A program made the position numbers and the translations under genes. The notes under the pieces were generated by a model. It was not told the origin of the DNA. It saw only the letters and a program-made list of their open reading frames with translations, and did not search any database. A stretch of DNA of 64,000 bases, from assembly GCF_009914755.1 (NCBI RefSeq), contig NC_060938.1; one strand, given 5' to 3'. Positions 16,355-37,271 of this stretch are shown here, piece after piece. The stretch's first letter is position 1. Each line of letters opens with the position of its first letter. Origin of the DNA: the human T2T-CHM13v2.0 reference genome, Homo sapiens.

Positions 16355-17329
16355 ACTCTTGGCAGATATAGCCCTGAAACAGGATTTCAGCCCCCTCTCA
16401 GTCTCTTAGCTGGGTGCCCTTATGTAAGGCACAAAGTAAAAGCACTACTCCCCTGTATAGGCTACAGGAGGGAGTCAGTGAGGAAGTTACCCAGGTTTTG
16501 TGACAGGAGGACCCTTCAGTGAAAAAGGCTGCCAAGGAAATTGCTATGTGATGGAGACAATATACAAACCCATAATCATATTACAAATTGTGATAAGTGT
16601 TATGAGGATATATCAGTTCAGATCACCCAGGAAGCTGATGCCAAATTGGAATTAGGATTATTGGGAAATAGGTCCTGTGAAAGACTAAGGGGGAGGAAGA
16701 AGAACTGGACCTGGTAAATCTTCAGATCTTGATACAGATCTGACAGGAAAGACTGATGAAAGTGGAATTGGGTAGGTGCAGTCTAAGAATGCAGTAGAGA
16801 TTTGACAAAGTCCTGGCTGACTCAATAGGAAGATTTGGGGTTGCCCATCAGAGAAGTCCTGTAGTGGGCAGGCATGGCCAGGCCCTGGTATCTGCCAGAC
16901 TGGAGGCTGCCTGGGAAGAACATGGCCTTGGCACAAAGGCTTTAACAGATCTCACAGGCTTTGCAGCCAGAAGCTGTCAGCTAACTGCACTCCTCACAGC
17001 TCAATGACTTTTTTTTTTTTTTTAAGAAAAGATCAGAATTGCATGTTTCCATACCTCCCACAGAAGAATAATTAAAAGAGTGTAGCAGCAGGATTTTATT
17101 TTCAGGGGCTTTCCATTTTTTTTTTTTTTTGCAACCCACAGAAATATTGTACATTGTAACTTAATAAATACACAAAACTCAATTAAACAAAAAGCTTTAA
17201 AAGCATTACTTAACATTACTCTGCAGTGTGTGCTGTTATTTTCTGTTTCCTCTTTAAGAAAACTTCCTATGGTGTATGATTGTAATACAAAATGAACATT
17301 TTCATGTTTCAGCATGGTCAGGGCTTTTA

Positions 17330-17703
17330 ATTAAAAAATTAAGGTAAAATTCACTTAAAATAACCATTTTAAAGTGTACAATTCAATGACATTTAATGCA
17401 TTCACAATGTTCTGCAACCACCACCTGTAAAACATTTTTTATCATCCTAAAAGGAAATCTCATACCCCTTAAGCAGTCACTCTCTCTTCTCCCCTCCCCA
17501 CAGTCCTAGGCAACCACCAATCTTCTTCCTGTCTCTATGAATTTACCTATTTGGATATTTCATATAAATGGAATCATACAATATTACAATATGGACCTTT
17601 TATGTATAGCTTCCTTCACAGTTTTTTTCTGAGGTTTATATATCAAACATTGTATGTTGTAGATTAGTACTATATTCCTTTTTGTGGCTAAACAGTATTC
17701 CAT

Positions 17704-17745
<42 letters not shown>

Positions 17746-20100
17746 CCACATTTTATTTATCTGTTCCTCCATTGACATTTGGGTTGTTTCCACCTAAATC
17801 TATACTACCTTAGTTTGGATTGATACCAACTTAGTTTCAACAGCATACAAAAACTCTGCCCCTAAACAGCTGAGTCCTCTCCTGTATGTTTCTATTATTA
17901 CCGATTGCATCTATATACATTGTGTGTTCATTAACATAGATTTGTAATTATTTTATGCATTTGTCTTTTAAATCATATAAAAAAAGGGAACTACACACCA
18001 AAAACATAGCGATCCTGGCTTTTGTATTTACTGATGTAGTTATATTTATCTAACTTCCTGATTTCTTCTTAGAGCTTTTAGTTACCATCTAGTTTTCTTT
18101 CATTTAAGCCTGAAGAACTCCCTTTAGTATTTCTTATAGTATAGGTCTACTTGTGACAAACTCCTTCAGCTTTTATTTACGTGCTAATGTCTTAATTTCT
18201 CCATTGTTTTTGAAGGACACTTTGCTGAATATAGAATTCTTGGTAGATAGTCTTTTTCTTTCAGCACTTTGACTATGTTATCCCACTGCCTTCTTGCCTA
18301 CATAGTTTCTGATGAGAAATCAGATGTTCTTATTATTGAGAATCACTTGTATGTGACAAATCTTTCCTCTCCCTACTTTTAAGATTTTTTTTTGTCTTTG
18401 TCTTTTGACAATTTGATTATAATGTGTCTCAGTGTGGAACTGTTTATATTTATCCTTCTTGGAGTTTGTTGAGATTCTTGGGTGCATAGGTTCCTGTCTT
18501 TTACCAAATCTGGGCAGCTTTTGGTTATTTCTTCAACATCTTTTTCCACTGTTTTATTTTTCTTCTCCTCTGGGACTCCTGTAATGTGTATGGTGGTACT
18601 CTTGATTATTCCCATAGATTTTTAAAGACTCCAATAATTATTCTTCATTTTTTTTCTTTTTTCTTTTTTGGTTTTTGAGACAGAGTCTGGTTCTGTCACC
18701 CAGGCTGACAGGCAGAATTATGACTCACTGCCTTATGAACTCCTGGGCTCAAGAGGCCTTTCCACCTCAGCCTCCCGAGTAGCTCAAACTACAGACACAT
18801 ACCACTATACCCAGCTAACTTTTTTTTTTTTAATTTTTGTAAAGACAGAGTCTTACTATGTTGCCCCAGCTGGTCTTGAACTCCTGGGCTCAAGTGATTC
18901 TACTGTCTCAGCCTCCCACAATGCTGAGATTACACGTGTGAGCCACCGCGCCTGGTCTTTCTTTTTTCTTTATACTCCTCAGTCTGGATAATTTTGATTG
19001 TAGTCAACAGTTGTAAGTTCACTCATTCTTTATTCTGCCTGCTCAAATCTGCTATTGCAACCCTCTAGTAAATTTTCATTTCAGTTATTGTATTTTTCAG
19101 CTTCACAGTTTCTACTTGGTTTCTTTTCATAATTTCTATCTTTGTTGATATTTTCTATTGTTAACACATCATTCTTCTGGTTTCCTTTAACTCTTTGTGG
19201 TTTCCTTTACCTCTCTGAGCATATTTAAGACAGTTGATTTTAAATTTTTGTCTAATATGTTCAGTGTTTGTGCTTCTTTAGGGAGAGCTTATATTAATTT
19301 CTTCTGTAAATAAACCATACTTTCTAGTTTCTTTGCATGCTTCATAATGTTTTTGCTGGAGACTGGACATTTGAATATTAAAATATGCTAACTCTGGACA
19401 TCAGATTCTTCTCTCTTCTTAGGATTTGTTGTTGTTGTTATTGCTTCCTGTGAAATATAGTTGTTTGCTTGTTTAGTGACTTTTCTATATGATCTTTGTA
19501 AAGTCTGTATTCTTTGTCCTGTGTGGTCTCTGATGTCTCTATTCCTTTAGCTTGTGTTCAGGGGTGCTTTGATAGATATTTTCCTGATCACCAGGAGCTA
19601 TCCTAGAATAGAATAAAGTAATAAAAGAAAAGAAAGAAACAACAACAACAACAACAACAACAAAAAACCCTCTTCCAACCTTTGAAGATTGGCTGTGTGT
19701 TAGAGCATGCTTTCAGTACTTAGCGAGGCCATTTATAACTCTGCCTAAGCCTTCACTCCCTGCTTGTGCTGAGCCCAAAGATAAGCCAGAAGTAAAAGCT
19801 TAGGGTCTTTTTAGATTGTTTTTGAACATGCATCCTGTCCTAGGCACGTGCATAGCTTCTAAATTCCTCAGTATATGGAGACACTTTTGAATAATTTCCC
19901 AGAGAAACTCTACCCAGCTTTTCCTTGCAGGCTTTCACTGCATCTATTATTTGCCTCAATTGTAATTCTTTGTCCTAGGTGGCAGCATGTTGTCCATTTG
20001 TCTTACAATGTTTTTGAGGAATGTCTTTTGTGTAGCTGTTTTTTTTTCATGCTGAATAGGTTTCAAGTTATGTAAAACAAAGTCAGGTGCCTTCTGTCAT
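17330..20100 (-). mobile_element. Old L1M fragments (3' piece plus ORF1/5' region), containing an AluJ at ~18650-18957 and (TG)n at ~17709-17742
   Basis: ORF 18379..18615 (IHITGVPEE...QQTPRRIN...RHIIIKL) is L1 ORF1p-like. Confidence 0.8.
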
Positions 20101-20117
20101 TCTTTCAAGTAGTACTC

Positions 20118-20949
20118 TCTGATGGTAAATTTTATGTGTCGATTTGACTGCATCATGGATTGCCAGATGTTTGGCTAAACATTTTTTTCTTAGTTTGTCT
20201 GTGAGGGTGTTTTTGGATGAGATTCATTTTTGGATTGGACTGAGTAAAGCAGATTGCTCTTCTCAGCATGGATGAGCCTCATCCAGTCTGTTGAAGGCCT
20301 TAATAAAATAAAAGGCTGAGTAAGAAAGAATTCTTTCTTTTGGCCAGAATATGTTTGAGCTAGGACTTTAGTCTTCTGCCTTTGGACTCATTCTTGGACT
20401 TGAACTTACAGCATTTGTTCTCCTGTTTCTCAGGCCTTCGTACTTGGTGATATGGTTTGGCTGTGTCCCCATCAAAATCTCATCTTGTATTGTCATTCTC
20501 ATAATCCCCACATGTCATGGGAGGGACCTGATGGGAGGTAATTGAATCATGGGGGCGGTTACCCCCATGCTTGTTCTTGTGATAGTGAGTTCTCATGAGA
20601 GCCAATGGTTTTATAAGGGCTCTTCTCACTTTTGCTCAGCACTTCTCCTTGCCACTGCCATGTGAAGAAGGATGTGTTTGCTTCCCATTCCACCATGATT
20701 GTAAGTTTCCTGAGGCCTCTCCAGCCATGCTGACCTGTGAGTCAATTAAACCCCTTTCCTTTATAAATTACCCAGTTTTGGGTATATCTTTATTAGCATT
20801 GTGAGAACAGACTAATACACTTGGACTGGAACTATACCATTGACTCTCCTGGGTCACTAGTTTACTGATGCAGATCTTGGGTTTCTCAACCTTCCATACT
20901 TCAATGAGCCAATTCCTTGTAGTAAATCAATCTCTTTCTCTTTTTTTTA

Positions 20950-20980
<31 letters not shown>

Positions 20981-21031
20981 ATTCCCTCTTTCCTGTTGGT
21001 TGTGTTTCTCTGGAGAATCCAGACTAATACA
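20118..21031 (+). mobile_element. MLT2 (ERVL) LTR interrupted by THE1
   Basis: TGATGGTAAATTTTATGTGTC start, GGACTGAGTAAAGCAGATTG, and CTGGAGAATCCAGACTAATACA end. Confidence 0.8.
20448..20819 (+). mobile_element. THE1 (THE1D-like) MaLR solo LTR
   Basis: TGATATGGTTTGGCTGTGTCCCC...GACTAATACA; perfect 5-bp TSD CTTGG. Confidence 0.9.
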
Positions 21032-21154
21032 CTGCCAAATAAGTTAGAACAGACAAACACAATTCTCTAAGCATAAGGTCTGTGCTCCCTCCACAACCAG
21101 GGACCAAGGTCCCACACTGGAAATGGGTGCTGTCTTCAAGACTGCTGCCAAAGG

Positions 21155-21539
21155 TGCTGAGATGCTGAAGAAAGCAAGCTGAAAAATCCCGTTCTTCAGA
21201 AAGAAACATTTAATAGGACTTATGAACAGAAGCAATGTCTTGGGTGGGCATGAGATGGTGGATCCCTCTACCTGCCCTCCAGAAAATATCCTTTGTAAAG
21301 CAAGCTTTTAGGGTAAAGATTTGTGTAGCTTGTCATGCTTCAGACTTTCTTGTGAAACGTGACTACTGGGGAGATTAGATAAGCATCTTTATTTATGCTA
21401 CAGGGATTGTTTATTTATGAGACGTTTTCCATGTTACAGGCATTCTTAAAGACCTTGCTGCAGGAGTCATCATGGTCATCATGGTAGTTTCACTTCAAGG
21501 TGGCATCACTCTTGTCATGCAACAGGCTCTTTTCCTATG
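21155..21539 (-). mobile_element. Solo LTR, LTR47-like
   Basis: Minus strand begins TAGGAAAAGAGCCTGTTGCATGACAAGAGTGATGCCACCTTGAAGTGAAAC; family assignment from memory. Confidence 0.55.
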
Positions 21540-21599
21540 GGGGGGGTCAATAAGGGCAATCAAAAATGCTGCAAAGCTTTTGTACAAGAACATTTCCTC

Positions 21600-23935
<2,336 letters not shown>

Positions 23936-23944
23936 AGTTGCTCC

Positions 23945-28428
<4,484 letters not shown>

Positions 28429-29533
28429 AACCTTGTGGTTTATGTTGAAGTTGTCTGCTTATGTGACACCTGCTATCCCACAGCCCTTGATGTCCAATTT
28501 AAACAGGCACCTGCTTGACTCTCTAGTCAGCTCATCACGTGCCATATTACCAGCTCCTAGAGCATACTGTATAGTCTGTATAATTTGTTTTAGAATATTC
28601 TAAATGTCTCTTTTCAGTAATTTTTTTTTTTTTTTTTTGCCAGTGAACAGCCCTTCCTTGCTAACAAAAACAAACAGTTAAGCGATGGCTTTGATGCACT
28701 GAGGTAGGTTCTGACTAGGGCTCTCCTGCAGCTTAGCTCTGATGCCATCTTGTGGTCAAATGGGTATCTACACAGGGAGCCTTTTATTCTGGTTTTGGCT
28801 GTTGCCCACTACCATGCTAAGATCAAAGGCAGATTTGCTCTGTTTTTGTTTGTTTGTTTGTTTACGTTTTTCTTTTGCTGTGGATTTGTATTTTGTTTCC
28901 CTCATTGGGGGAGGGGAAAACTCAGAGTTCAATGCCCTCTACACTGACCAGTGGGTTGAAGGGAAGCTCTTTCCTTGCACCTCAGGGACAATTTCACCCA
29001 CATTTCCCACAGCTATTTCCAGCTCAGCATTTTCAGAATAGAACTCTTTATCATTGTTCCCGCCTCACCCCCTTCCTTCCGCCAGTGAATCTCATTCTTA
29101 AATTCTGTCATCTTCTACACTTTATCTCAGTGAAAGGCTGTTTATCCATTGCTAAGTAAGAGGCCCAAGAGCCAATCGGGACTGTTTCCCCCCTATTCCC
29201 TCATTCACCTATTCTGCCTCCCAATAGCTGCTAATTTTTTGTCCATTTCCTCCATTCCTTCACCACAGTCTGAATCATGGCCTTCAATATTTCTCACTGA
29301 AACCATTGCAGTTGTTTGTCTCTGTCATGTCTTTATGTCTTCCATCTTCTAGCCTTGCCTACATTTTCCTTCATTTTTATTCCAGCATTGATTGAAACTG
29401 AAACTTGAAATCCTTCAGTGCCTCTGCAGAGCCTACGGTGTAAACTCCAAGATCCTTGATATGAGTTACAAGATGCTCTTTTGAGTTGGCATTTGTCTCT
29501 TCTGGGCCTACTCTCCATTCACTCCCCACCTCA

Positions 29534-30180
<647 letters not shown>

Positions 30181-31928
30181 CTAAAAACAGCTGAAAGCCA
30201 TTACCTCTCCTAGGCCTAACAGTATACTGGAACTTGGAATGATCTGTAGTTGTGTGTGAGAGGGCGTCCAACAGTTGCTGTATCTGAAAGTAGAGAAGTG
30301 CAGTCACTGCCAAAAATTGCAAGGGAAGGGGAGAAAGAGAATAAAAGCTCAACCCATCTCTCCTTTTACCCTGCAATCTTATGCTGGTGGCTCTCATTGG
30401 CTGAGTCCAAATGCAAGCCAGAGGCTAAGGGAGCCTAGCTGATACAGTCCACAGAAGTCAATTTCTCAGAGCCAGGGAGAGAATGGCAGAGAAAGGACCA
30501 GGAGAGGCAAACAGAGTATAAATCTGTTAACTGGTGTTCTGTGAGACAAACTGGGGAAGAGGGTTAGGGGTGTCACCTTTTAGTATAAAGACTTTCAATT
30601 AATCACCTCTTAATTAATCAGCTGCAAAAGGTGTCCCCAAATTTTGGGCTAAGGAAAGAGGACTGAGAAATGATTTTTTTTTTTTTAAATACAGACTTTC
30701 AACCATTTCTTCTGTTTTAAGCTCAACTCTACACTTTGCCTTCAGATGTATCTGGAGCCTCCAATTCCTGAAACTTTCTGGGATTTGCAAAACAAATCAG
30801 CTTATTTATTAGCTTACTTGCTCCTAAAAGTGAGATCTATGATATCTCTTTTCGATTAGGTCAGTTTTCACAAAAATATTTCATTAGAGACACATTTACT
30901 ATCATGGTCAGGAAACAAATATACGCTCTGCTTTAGAGGGAGACTCAACTTTTTATCTTCTAAGATTGTTTTCCATACAAACATCCTTGAAAAGATAGTC
31001 TGGAACAAAAGCTGTCAGTGCCTCTTCATGAGACATACAGAAACACAAAAGATCACTGGAGAATTGTCTCTCAACATTATGGAGGAGAGACACAGTCAAC
31101 TCATGGACTGGCCCTTTTTAAAAAGAAGAATAGCATTCTAAATTTCTAGTTGATGGAGATACCATATCCCTGACTTCAGAAACAGATAGTGAAGTATGCA
31201 TTATTTTCTAACTCCTTTTCAGGCAATCTGTGTTTCATGAAGCAGAGTGTAAGTGCTTTTCACAGAAAAATTCCATCTGTCTTATACTAAGTATTGTTTA
31301 TCCCAGATCCAGCATTGAAATATCTATTAGTCTTAGTTTTTGGTCTTGATGTGAGTTTTCACCTTTTTTAGTGGCTTCAAGGGTGTTTAATGCAATGTTG
31401 GGAAAAGGTACATAGAAAGAATGTGTAAAGGTTAGCAAAACCCTTTCTCTTTCTGTGTGGACAAAATTTACCTTGGATTAACTTTCTAATTATATTTCCC
31501 TAGAAACCTGTAAATGGCAGAATGTGAACTGTGTAACTAGCAATGTTGTTTATAGTAAAAATAATCCTGATTGATAAATTTACCTTGACTAGTTGTGAAG
31601 AACTACAAATTCCTGGTGTGAAGCCAAAACTTTGGGCTTTCCTAAATAACTCAATGTCTTTTGTGGGGACCAGGAAGTTATGCCCATGAATGTTGGTTCT
31701 TATCTGGAATATGGAGCATCTTATCCAAGATGATGATTGCACATGCCCATAAAGATCTCATTCTCTTCCACTTGAGCTATTATATGGGAGTGGTCAATGA
31801 AGACAAGCCTCTGGACTTGTGGATTGCTTTGAGAACCTATATAGTGAGACCTATTCACCTATTCTAGTCTTGTGATTCCAAATGTCTAGATAGACTCAGG
31901 GATGAGCAACAGGAGCAACGCTGAACAT

Positions 31929-32055
31929 TAAAAAAAAATTTTTTTTTAAAGCAGTTTTAGGTTCACAGCAAAATTGAGAGGAAAGTACAGAGATTACCCA
32001 TATGCCCCCTGTCCCCACACATGCATAGTGTCTCCCATTATCAGCATCCCCCACT
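31929..32055 (-). mobile_element. Short 5'-truncated L1M (MA/MB-type) 3' end
   Basis: AGCAGTTTTAGGTTCACAGCAAAATTGAG...AAGTACAGAGA is a typical L1M 3' terminus in antisense. Confidence 0.8.
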
Positions 32056-32782
32056 GGGGGTGCTGATATGCTAAAGTCTGATATGCTGAAGTCTGCAGGT
32101 GGTGACATGCTGAAGTCGGCTGTTAGAGTACATGGTCCAAGCTATTTGGAGGTGTCGAAGTATCCCCACATCATGGCTTCTTCTTTTTTTTTTTTTTTTA
32201 AATCCCAAGTCTCTTACACTTCTGTATCCATTCCATGGGACATAGGTGGATCCTGTGCATTTTGAAAAGGACTGGCCATAGGGAAGAGGTGTGTTCCAGG
32301 GGTGTTGTTCCAAGCTTATTTATCCACAGCCGCCTGCAGTTGCTATTGCATCATTTTTTTGGTGCCATTTTGGAAGTAGTCATATGCAGGACTTTTTTGG
32401 GGGCATATGAATAGAAATGTATCTCAACATATTTTTTTTTGGACTTCCGTGTATTTTCTTTTATGAATATAAAAACATTCTAAGAATGGATCTATATGTT
32501 TTTATCAGACTTCCAAAGGTGGTCCATGGCGCAAAAAAAAAAAAAATGTGAGAATTCTTGTTTTCAGCCTTCTTCTAATATATGTTAGTCTCAATATTCT
32601 TGAGTTTCCCATACCTATCTGGATGTTTCTAAACTCACTCAAGGTTTGAACAGAAGTACGGGGGCATAGGGAGAGAGAGAGATGAGAATCCAAGTAACTG
32701 ACTTCTTGGCTTTAGCTTTTTCTTCTTTTTTTTTCTTTTATAACACTTTAACCTGGAAGGGATTGACTTTCTGCTTCTGTGT

Positions 32783-33268
32783 TAGCAATTCTTAACCCAC
32801 TTGGTTTCATGACTCCTTTATACTCATAAAAATTTTCGAGGACCCTAAATAAATTTGATTTGTTTGGGTTATAGTTATCAATATTTACCATATAAGAAAT
32901 TAAAGCAGAAATTTTAATAATATTATAATACATACCATATTTTATGAAATATAACTATATTTTTCAAAATATAACACCATTGATGAAAAAAATGGCATTA
33001 TTTTATATTTTTGCAATTCCCTTTAATGTCTGGCTAAGTAGAAGATAGCTTAAATAGTAACTCATATTTGCTTCTGTATTCAGTTAGTTGGAATTTCATA
33101 TATAATGTAGCCCCTGGAAAACTCCACTGTCTACTCATGACAGCGTGAGCGTGAAAAAAGCACAAAATGTTTTAGTACATTATGAAAATAGTTTTGACCT
33201 CACAGATCTCCTGAAAAGGTCTTGAGGATCCTCAGGAGGTCTCTAGGCCACACTTTGAGAACTGCTAT
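32783..33268 (-). mobile_element. Charlie1-like hAT transposon derivative
   Basis: CCACACTTTGAGAACTGCT end and ATGAAAATAGTTTTGACCTC. Confidence 0.7.
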
Positions 33269-33633
33269 TTTGTGCCTTATATAGCAAGCCTCAGGGCCTA
33301 GCCATTTTAGTCAAAAGGAGTGCATCCTGCATGCTCTCTCTGCCCTATGGTCTAAGTCCTCTAGACTTTTTCCTGACATGTTCTTGGAAGTAAATCAATT
33401 TAGAAAATACTAAGCCTAGCTTTCAAGACTTGCTTTAAGATCCTATTTTGACTCCCTGAAGGTGGATATGAACTTTTCCTTTCATTTGCATAACTGCTAT
33501 AATACACTTAAATGTTCTCAAGGCACATGGATATCCCTGGCAGAATATGGAGTGATTTACCACAAAGAAATGCAAAAAGTGGAAAGTAGAAAAATGAAAG
33601 TTCCTGTTATTTTGTTATAGTAAAGCAATCTAG

Positions 33634-34038
<405 letters not shown>

Positions 34039-34373
34039 TAAAATAATTTCAAGCTTATAGAAAAGTTGCAAGTATAGTAGAAGACCCTTAAAAAAAACAA
34101 CAACTATTTGAATGGGTCATTCCTTAAATACTTTACTGTATATTTCCTACAAATGAGGACATTCTCCTTTTACTGCAAAATAACCATGAAAATCAGGAAA
34201 TTTACATTGATGCATTAACTGCCTCCAGTCTCCAGATCCGAATCAAATTTTGCCAATTGTCTCAATAATACCATTTATAGCAAAAAATCTGGTTCAAAAT
34301 CATGTGGTATATGTAGCTGTCATATCTCTTTTTTAGATTTTTCTTGACTTTCATGGCCTGGACACTTTTTAAA

Positions 34374-34492
34374 AAAAGTATGAAACACTTCACAAATTCG
34401 TATGTCATCCTTGTTCAGGGGCCATGCTAATCTTCTCTGTATTGTTCCAGTTTTAGTATATATGCTGCCATTTGTGCTGCCAAGGTGAGCAC
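34374..34492 (-). pseudogene. U6 snRNA pseudogene (full length, diverged)
   Basis: Reverse complement matches U6 end to end (GTGCTC...ACAGAGAAGATTAGCATGGCCCCTG...). No U6 PSE/TATA promoter evident; embedded in an old L1M. Confidence 0.93.
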
Positions 34493-35576
34493 CCTTGTCA
34501 TCCTTGAAGATTTACAGGCCAGTTATTAAGTACTTATCCCTCAGTCTGGATTTGTTTCCTCATGATTAGATTCAAGCTATGCAACCTTGGCATGAATATC
34601 ACAGAAGTAATTCTGTGTTTTCTCATTGTATCCTATCAGTTGTCACATGATATTTCTATATTCTCTTACTGATGCTTACTTTGGTCACTTGATTAAGGTG
34701 GTAGCCACTAGGATTCAACAATGTAATGTTATTCTTTTCCTCTTTGTAATAAATAAGTATTTTGTGGGGAGATAGTTTGAAACTGTGTAATATCCCATTG
34801 TTCATCAAACTGGGGTCACTGCCCCCAGGCTCTTTCGTGCACATACACACACTTATACACAATATATATGCATTCATATCTATATTTATCTTTGTATCTA
34901 CTTGAAATCCATAAGTTTACCTCAAAGCCTTCATTCTTATTTAGTACCACAGGGTTCATTCTAGTTTTCTTCCTCTTCATATTTGTAACCCTTCTTCCCA
35001 TCAGTGACAAAAATGGATTCCATCATCTTTAATATATTTGTTTATATGATCCACATCCCTGCTATTGCCTAACCATCCTGCTGTTGCCGCCCCCACCCCC
35101 ACCCCCTTTCTTGCACAGATGTCCTAGTTGCCACACTTAGGCTCTGTCACTTACTATTCTCTCTGTCTGTGTACCACAGAGGAAAGGCCATCGGGGATAT
35201 GGCAAGAATGTGGACCTCAGCAAGCCAGGCAGAGAGCCTTTACTGGGAACTGAATTGGCCAGCACCTCTATCTGGGACATTTAGCCTCTAGAATTGTGAG
35301 AAAATAGATTTCTATTGTTTAAGCCACCCAGTCTATGGTGTTTTGTTATGGCAGCCAAGCTGACTAACACAGAAGGGGAGAGAAGAAAAGAGAAGAGGAG
35401 GAAGAAAAAAAGAAAGATTAAAAAGAGGCATGAGAAAACTTTTGGGGGTGATGGATGTATTCATTATCTTGATCTCATTCAATCTATAGACCAATGTGAG
35501 GAGAACTGACATGTTAACAGTATTGTGTGTAATCGGTAGACATCATATATGCCCACATTTATTTAGGTCTCTTTAA

Positions 35577-35894
<318 letters not shown>

Positions 35895-36969
35895 TAACTT
35901 TTTTTTTTTTTTAAGACAGGTTCCCACTCTGTCACCCTGACTGCAGTGCAGTGGCATTATCATGACTCACCACAGCCTTGGCCTTCTGGGCTCAAGTGAT
36001 CCTCCCATCTCAGCCTCCCAAGTAGCTGGGACTACAGGTGCATGCCACCATGCTTGGCTAATTTTTGTATTTTTTGTGGAGACAGGGTTTCTCCATATTA
36101 TTCAGGCTGGTCTTAAGCAATCCGCATGCCTCAGCCTCCCAAAGTGTTCGGATTACAGGTGTGAGCCAACACACCTAGCCTCTTAAATTCTTAATTAGGG
36201 CTCTGGATCAATGTATCTGTGTTCTTCACCTCCACTAATGGTAACCTGAAAACAAGGTAGACAATTTAGGCTTCTTTTGATAAAGATAATTGGAGGTCAT
36301 GGCCTTATTTCCTTTGTGAAAAAGACATCAGGGTTTTGACTGGTAGTTCATTTGGTCAATAATAAATGTGAGTATATAATAGTAATTTGATGATTGCCTC
36401 CCTAGCATTCTTTCACCCTCTTTTTAGCTACACTATTCAATTTTGTGTTTCTGGAATCTAGTCTTTTACTACCCTCAAAATTTGATAATAACTATCAAAA
36501 TTTAAACGTGTATCTTATTTGATTAAACAATTCTACTTTTACAGATTTATTCTAAATAATTGCACAAATACATAATATATGTACAAGTATAAATGTGGTA
36601 TTGTTTATGCTAATGAAATGAAACATTAAATGTTTATTAGTAAGTCATTGGTTAAATAAAAAATAGTACCTTATTCAAATGAGTGCTTTGGTAGGCATTA
36701 AAGCTGATCAGAGAGATGCAGAAGCGTTGCCACAGAAAGAGGCCTATGATTATTTTAAAGAAGCAAAATACATTAAAGAACAGTAGTTATACTGTAATTC
36801 CACTTATCCAAATTTATTTCTGATACATTTTAAAAGTCTGAAAGTTTACAGCCAAGAACTGCCCTTGGTGGTGAATCTAACTCAGATTAGTTTATGTAGA
36901 AAAGGAGATTTGTTGAAAGGACTGAGGTAGGTCACAGCATAAAATAAATTGCTTAAAGAACCAGAGACA

Positions 36970-37271
36970 CGCCGGGCGTGGTGGCTCATGCCTGTAATCC
37001 TAGCACTTTGGGAGGCCGAGGCAGGCGGATCATGAGGTCAGGAGATCGAGACCATCCTGGCTAACATGGTGAAACCCCGTCTCTGCTAAAAATACAAAAA
37101 AATTAGCCAGGCGTGGTGGTGGGCGCCTGTAGTCCCAGCTACTCAGGAGGCTGAGGCAGGAGAATGGCGTGAACCCCGGGAGGCAGAGCTTGCAGTAAGC
37201 CGAGATCATGCCACTGCACTCCAGCCTGGGCGACAGAGTGAGACTCTGTCTCAAAAAAAAAAAAAAAAAAA
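36970..37271 (+). mobile_element. AluY
   Basis: AluY diagnostics; TSD AAAGAACCAGAGACA. Confidence 0.92.

Noticed and set aside
19970-19990. GTCCTAGGTGGCAGCA, CTCF-like
   Set aside because: Lacks the conserved 5' CCA and lies within an L1 remnant.
31400-32400. Possible ancient LTR-retrotransposon internal sequence
   Set aside because: No diagnostic motif could be assigned by eye.
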